Positions 10,486 through 20,809 of a stretch of DNA of 64,000 nt are shown one piece after another (position 1 is the stretch's first letter; the number at the start of each line of letters is the position of its first letter). The notes under the pieces are model-generated. The model made no database searches. It was not told the origin of the DNA and worked only from the letters and a program-made list of their open reading frames with translations. Source of the stretch: an uncultured Porphyromonadaceae bacterium (lineage in GTDB: Bacteria > Bacteroidota > Bacteroidia > Bacteroidales > Barnesiellaceae_A); contig CALATP010000049.1 of NCBI GenBank assembly GCA_937891845.1, forward strand, positions 103,743 to 167,742, read 5' to 3'. The position numbers and the translations under genes were made by a program.

Positions 10486-11902
10486 ATATACCTTTTTTAT
10501 ATCTATTTTCGTCTATATATACACTCAATATATTTCGTAATTGCTCAATACGTTCTCTTATTGACAACCAAGACTTCTGAATTTCTACCGGAAGTTGTTC
10601 TATAATTTTATCATCATTTGAAATTTCTTCTGACTGAGCAACCCATTGTAAAGCCTTATCGTAATCTCCCAACTGCATATAACACAATATAATATCAAAT
10701 ATGTAGTGAGGATCGTATGGATCTTTCTCTATAAGTTGTAACAATATATCGAGAGACTCATCGTATTTCTGCAAGTGAATACATACATCGGCCAGTGCAG
10801 AAGCCGGTACTGTATCGGTGACAGGACGATAATCAATTAGTGACAAATGTTTATAAGCCTCCTCAAAATCTTCGTTTTCCAATAGTAATTCTCCAAGAAA
10901 AGAGTGGGCTTCAATGTCATTATTGTCGCAGGCTACAGCTTTATATAGATGCAATATAGCCTGTTCATTATCACCCATATAATAATGGCTTACAGCCAAT
11001 TTGTAATACAAATCGTGGTTGCTATCATTCAACTCAATGGCTTTATGAAGATAATTTATAGCGTCTTCGTGCAACTCCATTCTTTCATACACTTCTGCTA
11101 TAAGTTCGTATGCAAACAATTTATCATTAGTCTTTTCAAGAAAAATTAAAAATTGTTCCACTGCCTCGGCATATTGGCCACTGTCATACAAGCAATAACC
11201 TCGAAATGCTAGGATATTATCATCGCTATCGTTTATAGCCAGGGCAAAATCACACGCTTCAATTGCTTTGTCGTAATCCTGCATTCTGGCATAAACTTTG
11301 GCAAGGGAGAACCAATCGTCTGCCGAAAAGGGATTTATATCTAGTATTTCATTATAAATACTTATAGCAAGCTCATTATCTTCTGTCTCTTCATAGAGTA
11401 GAGCCAACTCTCGCAAGTAGGGAGTTACATCATCAAATCTCTTTTTTACAAATTGCGTAAAATCTTGTAATAGCTGAGTGTGATTGACTTCAGCGCAGAT
11501 ATCAATTACGTCAATACAATCTTCAAGTGTACATTCTACATCATTTACAATATGCTTGAATGCTTCTAAAGCACTAGAAATATTATCTTGAAGCAACTCC
11601 ACTTCGGCTAAAATAAAGTAGTACTCTAGATTATGGTCAATAATAGATTGGAGTATCTCGAAGGATTCAATGATATTTCCCGTTGCTAGTAGACAACGAG
11701 CTTTATGAATTTTAAAGGGCTCGAAACCAGGATATAAAGACATACCGTATGAGATGGCACTTAATGCTTTTTCAAATGCCATATTCTCTTCATAATAGTC
11801 TGCAATAACATCCAATTCATCCGGCTCAAAGTAATACTTACAACCACTTCTCACCATCTCTTCGTATCGTTCGCACAACTTATTTATATCGGCCTCTTTC
11901 AT
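10475..11902 (-). CDS. cytoplasmic tetratricopeptide-repeat protein
   Basis: 475 aa with repeated A..Y..AL..-type TPR helices and no signal peptide. Its stop overlaps the metY start by 11 nt. Confidence 0.7.
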   Translation of the reverse strand: MKEADINKLCERYEEMVRSGCKYYFEPDELDVIADYYEENMAFEKALSAISYGMSLYPGFEPFKIHKARCLLATGNIIESFEILQSIIDHNLEYYFILAEVELLQDNISSALEAFKHIVNDVECTLEDCIDVIDICAEVNHTQLLQDFTQFVKKRFDDVTPYLRELALLYEETEDNELAISIYNEILDINPFSADDWFSLAKVYARMQDYDKAIEACDFALAINDSDDNILAFRGYCLYDSGQYAEAVEQFLIFLEKTNDKLFAYELIAEVYERMELHEDAINYLHKAIELNDSNHDLYYKLAVSHYYMGDNEQAILHLYKAVACDNNDIEAHSFLGELLLENEDFEEAYKHLSLIDYRPVTDTVPASALADVCIHLQKYDESLDILLQLIEKDPYDPHYIFDIILCYMQLGDYDKALQWVAQSEEISNDDKIIEQLPVEIQKSWLSIRERIEQLRNILSVYIDENRYKKGIYEK

Positions 11903-11929
11903 AAGGAAATAGTTGTTATTAATAATTTA

Positions 11930-11961
11930 GTGGGTGTGCCTGATATGCGACACACCCACTA
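11930..11961 (-). terminator. 10-bp GC-rich hairpin downstream of glnS (possible terminator, no clear U-tract)
   Basis: AGTGGGTGTG (11930-11939) pairs with CACACCCACT (11952-11961). Confidence 0.35.
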
Positions 11962-11979
11962 TTTATAATAACTGTTTTT

Positions 11980-13731
11980 TTATTTTGTTTTAGCTTTTTC
12001 CCAACTATCTTTAAGTAGGACGGTGCGATTGAAAATAAGTTTTTCGGATGTCGATTCTTTATCTACGTTGAAATAACCAATACGACGGAATTGTAGATGG
12101 TCGAGAGGCTTGGCTTCAGCAAGATAACGTTCTACATAACAATTGGTCAGTACTTTTAACGAATCGGGATTAATAACCTCTTTCATTGCCTCTAGTGCAT
12201 CGCATCCACGTTCATCGCGAATGTTTTGTATTTCAAGACGCGGATTTTCTACTTTCCACAATCTATCATAGAGTCTAACTTCAGCTTGAATACAGTGTGA
12301 ACAGCTTACCCAATGCAGTGTACCTTTCACTTTACGGTTGGCACCGGGCATACCACTGCGAGTTTCGGGGTCATACTCACAATATATTTCTTCTATTTCA
12401 CCAGCATCATTCTTCTTGCATCCGGTACACTTAACAATATATGCATTCATCAAACGCACCTCTTGTCCCGGTGTCATACGGAAGAATTTCTTGGGAGCAT
12501 CTTCCATAAAATCTTCGCGCTCCATCCACAATTCTCTGCTAAATTCAATTGTGTGTGTGCCGGCAGTTGGATCTTCGGGATTATTTACACATTCCATTAC
12601 TTCAACTTTATCCTCGGGATAATTGGTAATGATGAGTTTAACAGGATTGATTACTGCCGATACACGAGTGGCTCTTGAGTTAAGATCTTCTCTCACTGCA
12701 CTCTCTAACAAAGCAAAATCATTGACTGCCTCGTACGTTGTATATCCAATTTTGTCAACAAACTTTCTTATCGATTCAGGAGAGTATCCGCGACGACGGA
12801 AACCACATAATGTAGGCATTCGGGGATCATCCCAGCCATTAACCAATCCTTCTTTTACAAGTATCAACAAGTTACGTTTACTCATCAATGTGTAACTAAG
12901 GTTGAGCTTATTAAACTCGAATTGGTGAGGACGATTGTCATTAAGGTCTTCCCCACCTTTTGCCCAGTCTACAAAAAGATCATATAGCGGGCGGTGAGGT
13001 ACAAACTCTAATGTGCAAATTGAGTGCGTTACACCCTCAAAATAGTCACTTTGTCCGTGTGCAAAATCGTACATAGGATAAACATTCCAAGTAGTACCTG
13101 TGCGATGGTGCGGATGCTTGAGAATACGATACATTATAGGATCACGGAAGTGCATATTGGGTGATGCCATATCAATCTTAGCACGTAATGTGAGTGTTCC
13201 TTCCTCAAATTCGCCTGCATTCATACGCATAAACAAGTCAAGACTTTCTTCTATAGGACGATTGCGGAAAGGACTTTCGATACCGGGTGTTGTTGGTGTT
13301 CCTTTTTGAGCTGCAATCTCCTCTGATGTTTGTTCTTCAACGTATGCTTTTCCTTCTTTTATAAGACGAATTGCCAAGTCAAATAATTGAGGGAAATAAT
13401 CTGATGCATAATATAAACGATCGCCCCAGTCAAAACCGAGCCAATGTATATCTTCCATTATAGCGTCGACATATTCAACATCCTCTTTTACAGGATTTGT
13501 ATCATCAAAGCGTAAATTGCAAGTACCGCCATAACGTTCGGCAATACCAAAGTCCATACATATAGCCTTGGCGTGACCGATGTGCAGATATCCATTAGGT
13601 TCAGGTGGAAAACGAGTACTCAATCTACCACCGTTTTTACCTGCCTCTAGGTCGGACTTTACAATCTCTTCAATGAAATTCAGACTTCTGCTTTTTTCGC
13701 AGTTATTGTCAATCTTTTCAACCTCTGTCAT
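11980..13731 (-). CDS. glnS: glutamine--tRNA ligase
   Basis: HIGH motif (LHIGHAKA) and KMSKS-type motif (LMSKR), class I fold. The ATG at 13731 is preferred over the TTG at 13758. Confidence 0.92.
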   Translation of the reverse strand: MTEVEKIDNNCEKSRSLNFIEEIVKSDLEAGKNGGRLSTRFPPEPNGYLHIGHAKAICMDFGIAERYGGTCNLRFDDTNPVKEDVEYVDAIMEDIHWLGFDWGDRLYYASDYFPQLFDLAIRLIKEGKAYVEEQTSEEIAAQKGTPTTPGIESPFRNRPIEESLDLFMRMNAGEFEEGTLTLRAKIDMASPNMHFRDPIMYRILKHPHHRTGTTWNVYPMYDFAHGQSDYFEGVTHSICTLEFVPHRPLYDLFVDWAKGGEDLNDNRPHQFEFNKLNLSYTLMSKRNLLILVKEGLVNGWDDPRMPTLCGFRRRGYSPESIRKFVDKIGYTTYEAVNDFALLESAVREDLNSRATRVSAVINPVKLIITNYPEDKVEVMECVNNPEDPTAGTHTIEFSRELWMEREDFMEDAPKKFFRMTPGQEVRLMNAYIVKCTGCKKNDAGEIEEIYCEYDPETRSGMPGANRKVKGTLHWVSCSHCIQAEVRLYDRLWKVENPRLEIQNIRDERGCDALEAMKEVINPDSLKVLTNCYVERYLAEAKPLDHLQFRRIGYFNVDKESTSEKLIFNRTVLLKDSWEKAKTK

Positions 13732-13900
13732 AATTGATAGGTCTTTAATGTTAATCAAAATATCAAGTTGCGAATTTAGTGAAATTTGCTCAAATTACAA
13801 AGTGTATGAGCTATTTTATAGACAGCTTTGTAATAATACGATAGTAAATATCAAAGTTGTTGCAAACTATAACATCTAAATCTATGTCAATACGATATTA

Positions 13901-13938
13901 TTAAACAAGAAACGAGCTTCCTTAATAAGAAAGCTCGT
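13901..13938 (-). terminator. hairpin terminator overlapping the DUF2461 gene stop
   Basis: ACGAGCTT / AAGCTCGT stem followed by TTCTTGTTT on the minus strand. Confidence 0.45.
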
Positions 13939-14584
13939 CTACTGTATAATTAAGAAAATCATTCATTGGCTTGATGAGCAACAGCTTTTGAGCCGCTTGC
14001 TCAACCCAATCGGATTGAGAGATGAAACTATCCGGTTGTATGCCCCATACTGTATAGTCTTTACGCTTCACCCATTGTGTATGCAATCCTTCTTTGGGAA
14101 ATTCTTTAGGGACTGTTTTGAGTACATCACCTACAAATGATGGATATACAGCTTTGAAGTCCGGAGCTTCAACAATCGACAACCATTCATCTAGATTATC
14201 ATATATAGCTTGTCGTAGAGCTCTTATAAGTCGAGTATCGGGACACCATATTCCTCCACTTAATGCAATATTACCCGGTTCTATATGCAGGTAGTAACCT
14301 GCTCTCGGACTTTTCTTTCCGCCACGAGCCATATAGGCCGAAAAATATGTTTTATAGGGAGTCTTGTCGGGCGAAAATCTAATATCGCGATATATACGAT
14401 AAATACAATCTTGCACACGCAATGTCCTCAACTCGGTATCTTGAGCCGCAAGTAAGGCGATAAGACGCTCTACATCATCTATAAATTGCTCTCGCAAGAA
14501 GTCATAACGATTCTTGTTGGCTTGAAACCAACTTCTATCATTATTATGGCGTAAATCCGTTAGAAAATCAACAAGACCAGTCAT
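13922..14584 (-). CDS. DUF2461 (TIGR02453) family protein
   Basis: 220 aa. FL..L..NNDRSWF..NK..Y, RIYRDIRFSPDKTPYKT and YYLHIEPG fit the family pattern. It lies 6 nt downstream of purF. Confidence 0.75.
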   Translation of the reverse strand: MTGLVDFLTDLRHNNDRSWFQANKNRYDFLREQFIDDVERLIALLAAQDTELRTLRVQDCIYRIYRDIRFSPDKTPYKTYFSAYMARGGKKSPRAGYYLHIEPGNIALSGGIWCPDTRLIRALRQAIYDNLDEWLSIVEAPDFKAVYPSFVGDVLKTVPKEFPKEGLHTQWVKRKDYTVWGIQPDSFISQSDWVEQAAQKLLLIKPMNDFLNYTVDELSY

Positions 14585-14590
14585 AAGTTA

Positions 14591-16474
14591 TTAATTTTTG
14601 CCGGCACGACGTTTCTCTACATAACGTATATATGCCTCATTTACTAAGCGATTTCCTCCCGGTGTGGGATAATCACCTGAAAAATACCAATCACCTGGAT
14701 GGTTGGGTATGGCTTTATGCAGGCCTTCGAGAGATTGATATACTATATCTACAGGACAAGAAATATCAGTTGTCAACATTTCAGATATTTTGGCAGAAAT
14801 TTCTTCCATTGTAAAGTGTGAATATATCTCTTTCACATAGTTTACAATCTCTTCTTTCGGTTTATTTCTTTGTGCAATTGATTTTTCGTATATCTCATCT
14901 ATCAGATATAGCATTCCTCTTTCTTTAAGTAATTCGACAGTGGCACGGAATGCTATAAATTCATCCATATTCGACATATCTATACCATAAAAATCGGGGT
15001 ATAGTACTTGTGGCGATGAAGAAACAATAACTATTTTCTTTGGATGCAATCTGCTGAGTATCTTTAGGATGCTTTGTTGTAAGGTTGTACCTCGCACAAT
15101 ACTATCATCGATAACAACGAGATTATCGACATATGGTGTAATAGTACCGTATGTAATATCGTATACGTGAGCAGCCAAGTCGTTGCGGGTATTTGTTTCC
15201 GAAATAAATGTACGTAATTTTATATCTTTGATTGCGACTTTTTCTGTGCGAACGTGCATTGATAAAATTCTATACAATTCATCCTCCGACAGTTTGTTAC
15301 GTTCGCCCTTAATCAACTTAATCTTCTCCGAAATAAGGTAGTCAGTCATACCTTGTGTCATACCATAATAAGCGACCTCCGCAGTGTTGGGAATAAATGA
15401 AAATACGGTATGCTCAAGGTCGTAGTTGATGCTTTTGAGGATCGATTCTGTTAGTTGCTTACCCAACATCTTACGTTCGTTGTAAATGTCACAGTCACTA
15501 CCGCGTGAGAAATATATACGTTCGAACGAGCAAGCCTCGTTTTTAAGAGGCTCTTGAATTTGTTCAAAATTGACCTCTCCGTTTTTCTTTATTATAATAC
15601 TTTCACCGGGACTTAACTCATAAACATCCTCTACCGGTATGTTCATTGCTGTCTGTATAACAGGACGCTCCGATGCAATAACAACGATTTCATCATTGCG
15701 ATAGTAGAATGCAGGACGAATACCGTGAGGATCTCGCATTGCAAACATATCACCACTACCTGTTTGACCACACATTACATAGCCTCCATCCCATATAGGT
15801 GATTCACGACGCAATATACCTGCAATATCGAGGTTGTCTTCAATCAAATCATTGAGTAATCCGGTATGTCCTTCTTCACGGAACTTACGACTGAGTCTGT
15901 AATTCTCTGCATCCAGTGCCGAGCCCAATTGCTCTAATATAACAAATGTATCGGCCATATATCGAGGGTGTTGTCCTTGCGAAACTACGTAGTCAAAAAT
16001 CTCGTCTACGTTAGTCATTGTAAAATTACCACAAAGCAACATATTTTGAGAACGCCAATTACTACGACGAAGGAAGGGATGAATGTATGACAATCCTTGC
16101 TTATCTGTCGTACTATATCGTAAGTGTCCCATATAGCTTTCACCAACAAATGGCAAATGTTTTTCTACCCATTCTGCATCTTTATCATCATAAGGATGCT
16201 CCATTATTGTCTTTTGTACCTTTGCAAATATTTCTTGTATGGCACTGGTTCCTAATGCACGTTCACGGTAAATAAATTCTTCGGCAGGTTGTGCGTGCAG
16301 TTTTACACAAGAGAGTCCGGCTCCTTCTTGACCTCTATTATGTTGCTTTTCCATCAAAAGCATCAACTTATTAAGACCATATAAATACGTTCCGTATTTT
16401 TCTTTATAATAAGATAGTGGTTTTAATAGACGCACAAGGGCAATACCACATTCGTGTTTGATTTGATCTAACAT
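14591..16474 (-). CDS. purF: amidophosphoribosyltransferase (long Bacteroidetes form)
   Basis: 627 aa. N-terminal Ntn cysteine context (HECGI) and the PRPP-binding loop VVIDDSIVRGTT. Confidence 0.88.
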   Translation of the reverse strand: MLDQIKHECGIALVRLLKPLSYYKEKYGTYLYGLNKLMLLMEKQHNRGQEGAGLSCVKLHAQPAEEFIYRERALGTSAIQEIFAKVQKTIMEHPYDDKDAEWVEKHLPFVGESYMGHLRYSTTDKQGLSYIHPFLRRSNWRSQNMLLCGNFTMTNVDEIFDYVVSQGQHPRYMADTFVILEQLGSALDAENYRLSRKFREEGHTGLLNDLIEDNLDIAGILRRESPIWDGGYVMCGQTGSGDMFAMRDPHGIRPAFYYRNDEIVVIASERPVIQTAMNIPVEDVYELSPGESIIIKKNGEVNFEQIQEPLKNEACSFERIYFSRGSDCDIYNERKMLGKQLTESILKSINYDLEHTVFSFIPNTAEVAYYGMTQGMTDYLISEKIKLIKGERNKLSEDELYRILSMHVRTEKVAIKDIKLRTFISETNTRNDLAAHVYDITYGTITPYVDNLVVIDDSIVRGTTLQQSILKILSRLHPKKIVIVSSSPQVLYPDFYGIDMSNMDEFIAFRATVELLKERGMLYLIDEIYEKSIAQRNKPKEEIVNYVKEIYSHFTMEEISAKISEMLTTDISCPVDIVYQSLEGLHKAIPNHPGDWYFSGDYPTPGGNRLVNEAYIRYVEKRRAGKN

Positions 16475-16580
16475 TTTATTTATTATTTACTGTGTCTAAT
16501 TTATTGCAAAAATAATGTTTTTATTCTTTTTGGCACGTATCATAACACTATTTTTTTATTCTATTATTTATACCATTAAA

Positions 16581-16622
16581 TAAAATACAGATAACTATCA
16601 ACTTAAGTCGATTGCTATCTGT
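16581..16622 (-). terminator. imperfect hairpin terminator after the GS-III gene
   Basis: A 16-nt arm pair (ACAGATAGCAATCGAC / GTTGATAGTTATCTGT, 3 mismatches) followed by ATTTTATTT on the minus strand. Confidence 0.45.
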
Positions 16623-16650
16623 ATATAGTTTTATCTGCAATTGAGTATTG

Positions 16651-18834
16651 TTACTTAATAAACATCAGTTCGCGATATTTGGGCAATGGCCACGACTCAT
16701 TGTCAATCATTAATTCCAACTTATCCACGTGGTATCGTATTTGTTCCATATACGGCATCACATTGTCGTGATAAGAAACTGCTTTTTCGCGCTCATCCTC
16801 TATACGATTAGCTATCTTACGAGCTTCTACCATATTATTGGCTAACTCTTTGATTGCGTGCATATGTTGTGCCATTATTTCAATATCTTCCATATCTTTT
16901 GCCGCTATAGCATCTACCTTCTCAGCCGGGAAAAGATTCTTTATCTTGAAGACATTGTCTATGAGAATAGATTGATATCGTGTTGCAGCAGGAATAATAT
17001 GATTGATAACTAAATCTCCGAGAACTCTGGCTTCAATCTGAATTTTTTTGGTATAAAGTTCCCATTTAACTTCATTACGAGCCTTGAGTTCTGCTTCGGT
17101 CATAACCCCTGTTTTCTTAAACATCTCAATTGTTTGTTGCGAGATGTAATTATCATACATACGTGGTGCAGATACTTCACAATCCAGTCCTCTGCGGGCA
17201 GCCTCTTCTTTCCATTCATCGCTATATCCGTTACCATCAAATCTGATTGGCTGACTATTGATGAGCAGTTTTTGTACTTCTGCAAATATGGCTTCTTCTT
17301 TATTCTCTCCGTTACCGATACGAGCATCAACATTCTCTTTGAACTCCATCAGTTGACAAGCAACAGCGGCATTTATTACTATCATAGCCGATGCACAATT
17401 AGCCGATGAACCTAGTGCTCTAAATTCAAATCTATTACCGGTAAATGCAAATGGTGAAGTGCGGTTTCGATCGGTGTTATCAATGAGTAATTCAGGTACT
17501 TGGAACATATGCAAATCCAACCCGCTTTTAGAAGCTATGTTTAATGCATCGGCCGAGGGCGATTGAATAATTTTATCGACCAACTCCCCTACCTGCTTAC
17601 CTAGGAATATTGATATTATTGCAGGTGGTGCTTCGTTGGCACCTAGACGATGTTGATTGGTGGCTGATATAATTGACGCCTTGAGCAGTCCATTATATTT
17701 ATGTACGGCGGCCATAACATTAGCTACAAATGTCACAAATTGGAGATTGGCATTGGGTGTCTTGCCGGGTGCAAAAAGTTGAACGCCTGTATCTGTTCCT
17801 AATGACCAATTATTATGCTTTCCCGAACCATTAACACCGTTGAAGGGTTTTTCGTGCAATAGGACTCTAAACTTATGTCGACGTGCCACGTTGTTCATTA
17901 CAGTCATCAACTGCAAGTTGTGATCATTGGCAAGATTTACTTCTTCATATATAGGAGCAACCTCATATTGATTGGGGGCAACTTCGTTATGACGTGTTTT
18001 ACAAGGGATACCAAGTTTGTGACACTCTATCTCAAAGTCACGCATAAATGCTTCAACTCTCAAAGGGATTGAACCGAAATAGTGATCTTCAAGCTGTTGA
18101 TTTTTAGCACTTTCGTGACCCATAAGCGTACGCCCTGTGAGCATAAGGTCGGCACGACAGTTATACAATGCTTCATCTACCAAGAAATACTCTTGTTCCC
18201 AACCCAAGTAAGGTATGACACGTTTTACATTTTCATCAAAATATTGGCACACAGCTGTAGCCGCTTTATTTACACTGTTCAGTGCTTTGAGCAATGGTGT
18301 CTTATAATCGAGAGACTCACCTGTATATGAGATAAAAACAGTAGGAATACACAGAGTTTTATTCAAGATAAAAGCAGGTGAAGAAATATCCCAACCCGAA
18401 TATCCGCGTGCTTCAAATGTACTGCGAATACCTCCGCTTGGGAAACTTGACGCATCGGGTTCTTGTTGTATGAGCAACTTACCACTGAATTCTTCTACCA
18501 CTCCGCCTTTGCCGTTATACTCTATAAAACCATCGTGTTTCTCGGCTGTTCCATCTGTAAGTGGTTGAAACCAATGCGAATAGTGTGTTACACCCATATC
18601 AATTGCCCATTGTTTCATTCCGGCAGCTACACCATCAGCGACCTCACGACTTAAGGGTTTCTGGTTATCAATTGCATCAACAATTGCATCATATGTTTTC
18701 TTAGGGAGATACTTAAACATCTTCTCTCTATTAAACACATATTCACCGAAATATTCAGAAGGACGACAGTTGGGTTCATTAACAACAACCGGTTCGCGAC
18801 TTAGAGTCTCCTCTACTGCTTTAAAACGTAACAT
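16651..18834 (-). CDS. glnN: glutamine synthetase, type III
   Basis: 727 aa, the length typical of GS-III as in Bacteroides fragilis. Contains NGSGKHNNWS and the HRLGANEAPPAIIS region. Confidence 0.9.
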   Translation of the reverse strand: MLRFKAVEETLSREPVVVNEPNCRPSEYFGEYVFNREKMFKYLPKKTYDAIVDAIDNQKPLSREVADGVAAGMKQWAIDMGVTHYSHWFQPLTDGTAEKHDGFIEYNGKGGVVEEFSGKLLIQQEPDASSFPSGGIRSTFEARGYSGWDISSPAFILNKTLCIPTVFISYTGESLDYKTPLLKALNSVNKAATAVCQYFDENVKRVIPYLGWEQEYFLVDEALYNCRADLMLTGRTLMGHESAKNQQLEDHYFGSIPLRVEAFMRDFEIECHKLGIPCKTRHNEVAPNQYEVAPIYEEVNLANDHNLQLMTVMNNVARRHKFRVLLHEKPFNGVNGSGKHNNWSLGTDTGVQLFAPGKTPNANLQFVTFVANVMAAVHKYNGLLKASIISATNQHRLGANEAPPAIISIFLGKQVGELVDKIIQSPSADALNIASKSGLDLHMFQVPELLIDNTDRNRTSPFAFTGNRFEFRALGSSANCASAMIVINAAVACQLMEFKENVDARIGNGENKEEAIFAEVQKLLINSQPIRFDGNGYSDEWKEEAARRGLDCEVSAPRMYDNYISQQTIEMFKKTGVMTEAELKARNEVKWELYTKKIQIEARVLGDLVINHIIPAATRYQSILIDNVFKIKNLFPAEKVDAIAAKDMEDIEIMAQHMHAIKELANNMVEARKIANRIEDEREKAVSYHDNVMPYMEQIRYHVDKLELMIDNESWPLPKYRELMFIK

Positions 18835-19019
18835 TGTAAAATGATTTTAACCTTATAATAAACCTATTGAATTAATAGCGGCTTGCTATATAATTTCACA
18901 TCGCAAATTTATATTAAATTCATCATTTATCAAAAGCATTTTGATGAGTTTTTTCCTAATTCAACAATTTCTTATTAAATTTGCAATATTAATTTATAGA
19001 CAAATAATATCTTATAATT

Positions 19020-19856
19020 ATGCTTTGCGCAATAGAATGGAACCCTTCGCCCGAGCTGTTTTCTATCGGGTCATTTACTATACGTTATTATTCAATGTGG
19101 TGGCTCATAGGTCTTGCCGCAGCGTATTTTATACTGAATAAGTTATACAAGCAACAAGGACTCAACGAAAAGGACTTTGACCGACTTATCATATATGCAT
19201 TTGTCGGCATATTTGTAGGAGCTAGATTGGGACATTTCCTCTTTTATGACCCCATTTATTTTATAACACGTCCATTGGAAATTATATTGCCCATAGCCCG
19301 GGATGCATCAGGTCATTATCATTTTATCGGTTATGCCGGATTGGCTAGTCACGGTGGCACATTGGGATTGATGTTGGCACTATGGCTATATGCCCGAAAA
19401 ACAAAAATCAATCTGTGGCAAACTCTCGATAATATTGCAATAGCAACACCCATTACTGCTTGTTGCATAAGAATGGGAAACTTCTGGAATTCAGAAATAA
19501 TTGGTAATCCGACAGGTAGTGATTGGGGAATTATATTCTCGCAGGTCGACAACATTGCCCGCCACCCATCTCAGTTGTATGAGGCTATTGCCTATATTTT
19601 TATATTCATAATCGGTATTCTTTTATATAAATTTATAGGAAAGAAAGTTCACCGCGGATTTTTCTTTGGATATTGCCTTACTACTATATTTGTTAGTAGG
19701 TTTATAATAGAATTTTCAAAAATCAATAATGGTATATTTGAAGGTTTTTCCCTCAATACCGGTCACTATTTGAGCCTTCCATTTATTGCGTTAGGATTGT
19801 TCTGTATGCTATATAAAAAAGTAGACAGATATACCATTGGTACTAATACAAAATAA
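19020..19856 (+). CDS. lgt: prolipoprotein diacylglyceryl transferase
   Basis: Polytopic membrane protein with the GARLGH, GLASHGG and HPSQLYEA motifs. Confidence 0.85.
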   Translation: MLCAIEWNPSPELFSIGSFTIRYYSMWWLIGLAAAYFILNKLYKQQGLNEKDFDRLIIYAFVGIFVGARLGHFLFYDPIYFITRPLEIILPIARDASGHYHFIGYAGLASHGGTLGLMLALWLYARKTKINLWQTLDNIAIATPITACCIRMGNFWNSEIIGNPTGSDWGIIFSQVDNIARHPSQLYEAIAYIFIFIIGILLYKFIGKKVHRGFFFGYCLTTIFVSRFIIEFSKINNGIFEGFSLNTGHYLSLPFIALGLFCMLYKKVDRYTIGTNTK

Positions 19857-19871
19857 TATACTGGCAAATTT

Positions 19872-20798
19872 ATGAAACGACTGTGTTTAATATTATTACA
19901 ATTTATAATAGCGATGAGTGCTATATGTCAGGCATCTAGTTGGGGTATTATATCACTATGTTGTGTGCACCTTCGCCAAGAGCCTCGCCATAGTGCCGAA
20001 CTGATAACTCAAGCTGTTATGGGTACTCCTGTTATGGTATTGGACACGATGAATGATTGGTACTATATAGAAACTCCAGAAGGATACAAATCGTGGGTAC
20101 ATCCCCAATCTATCGCACTGAAAAGTCAAGCTCAAATGGATAAATGGCGTAATTCCACAAGATATATATACACTGAAATGAACGGTTATGCCTATAATGC
20201 GCCTCATAACAGCTCTACCCCCATCAGTGATATGGTATTGGGCTGCATAGTTGAAGCCACAGGTAATGTTCAGGATGGTTACATAGAAATAGTTACCCCC
20301 GATGGTCGTATGGGTTATGTCAAGGACAAAGAAGTGCGTGAGCTATCAATGTGGTCTCAACAAGAATTCAATGTAGAACGTCTTGTCAATGAAGCCTTCA
20401 AAATGATGGGTACTACCTATCTTTGGGGTGGCACGTCGACCAAAGGTGTTGACTGTTCAGGCTTCTCAAAGATTTTATACTACTCTCAAGGAATAATTAT
20501 ACGACGTGATGCATCGCAACAAGCCACAACCGGAGATGTTGTAGATCACACAGATTATCGAAATTTTCGCTGCGGTGATTTATTGTTCTTTGGAAATGAT
20601 AAGGGGCGTGTAACGCACGTAGCAATATATCTTAACAATGGGCAATATATACATAGTTCGGGAAGAGTAAAGATAAACAGTGTTATACCCGGAGATAATC
20701 TTTATAACGGCCTAAAGGTTATTGCTGCCAGACGCATTATTACAGCAGTTGATAGCGATGGGATACGCTCTTTGTGCCAACATCCTTGGTTTTTCTAA
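19872..20798 (+). CDS. secreted SH3-domain NlpC/P60 peptidoglycan endopeptidase (YkfC-like gamma-D-Glu-L-diamino acid endopeptidase)
   Basis: Signal peptide. The catalytic Cys context is GGTSTKGVDCSGFS and the His context is THVAIYL. SH3b-like repeats lie upstream. Confidence 0.82.
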   Translation: MKRLCLILLQFIIAMSAICQASSWGIISLCCVHLRQEPRHSAELITQAVMGTPVMVLDTMNDWYYIETPEGYKSWVHPQSIALKSQAQMDKWRNSTRYIYTEMNGYAYNAPHNSSTPISDMVLGCIVEATGNVQDGYIEIVTPDGRMGYVKDKEVRELSMWSQQEFNVERLVNEAFKMMGTTYLWGGTSTKGVDCSGFSKILYYSQGIIIRRDASQQATTGDVVDHTDYRNFRCGDLLFFGNDKGRVTHVAIYLNNGQYIHSSGRVKINSVIPGDNLYNGLKVIAARRIITAVDSDGIRSLCQHPWFF

Positions 20799-20809
20799 TT
20801 TCAAAAGAA

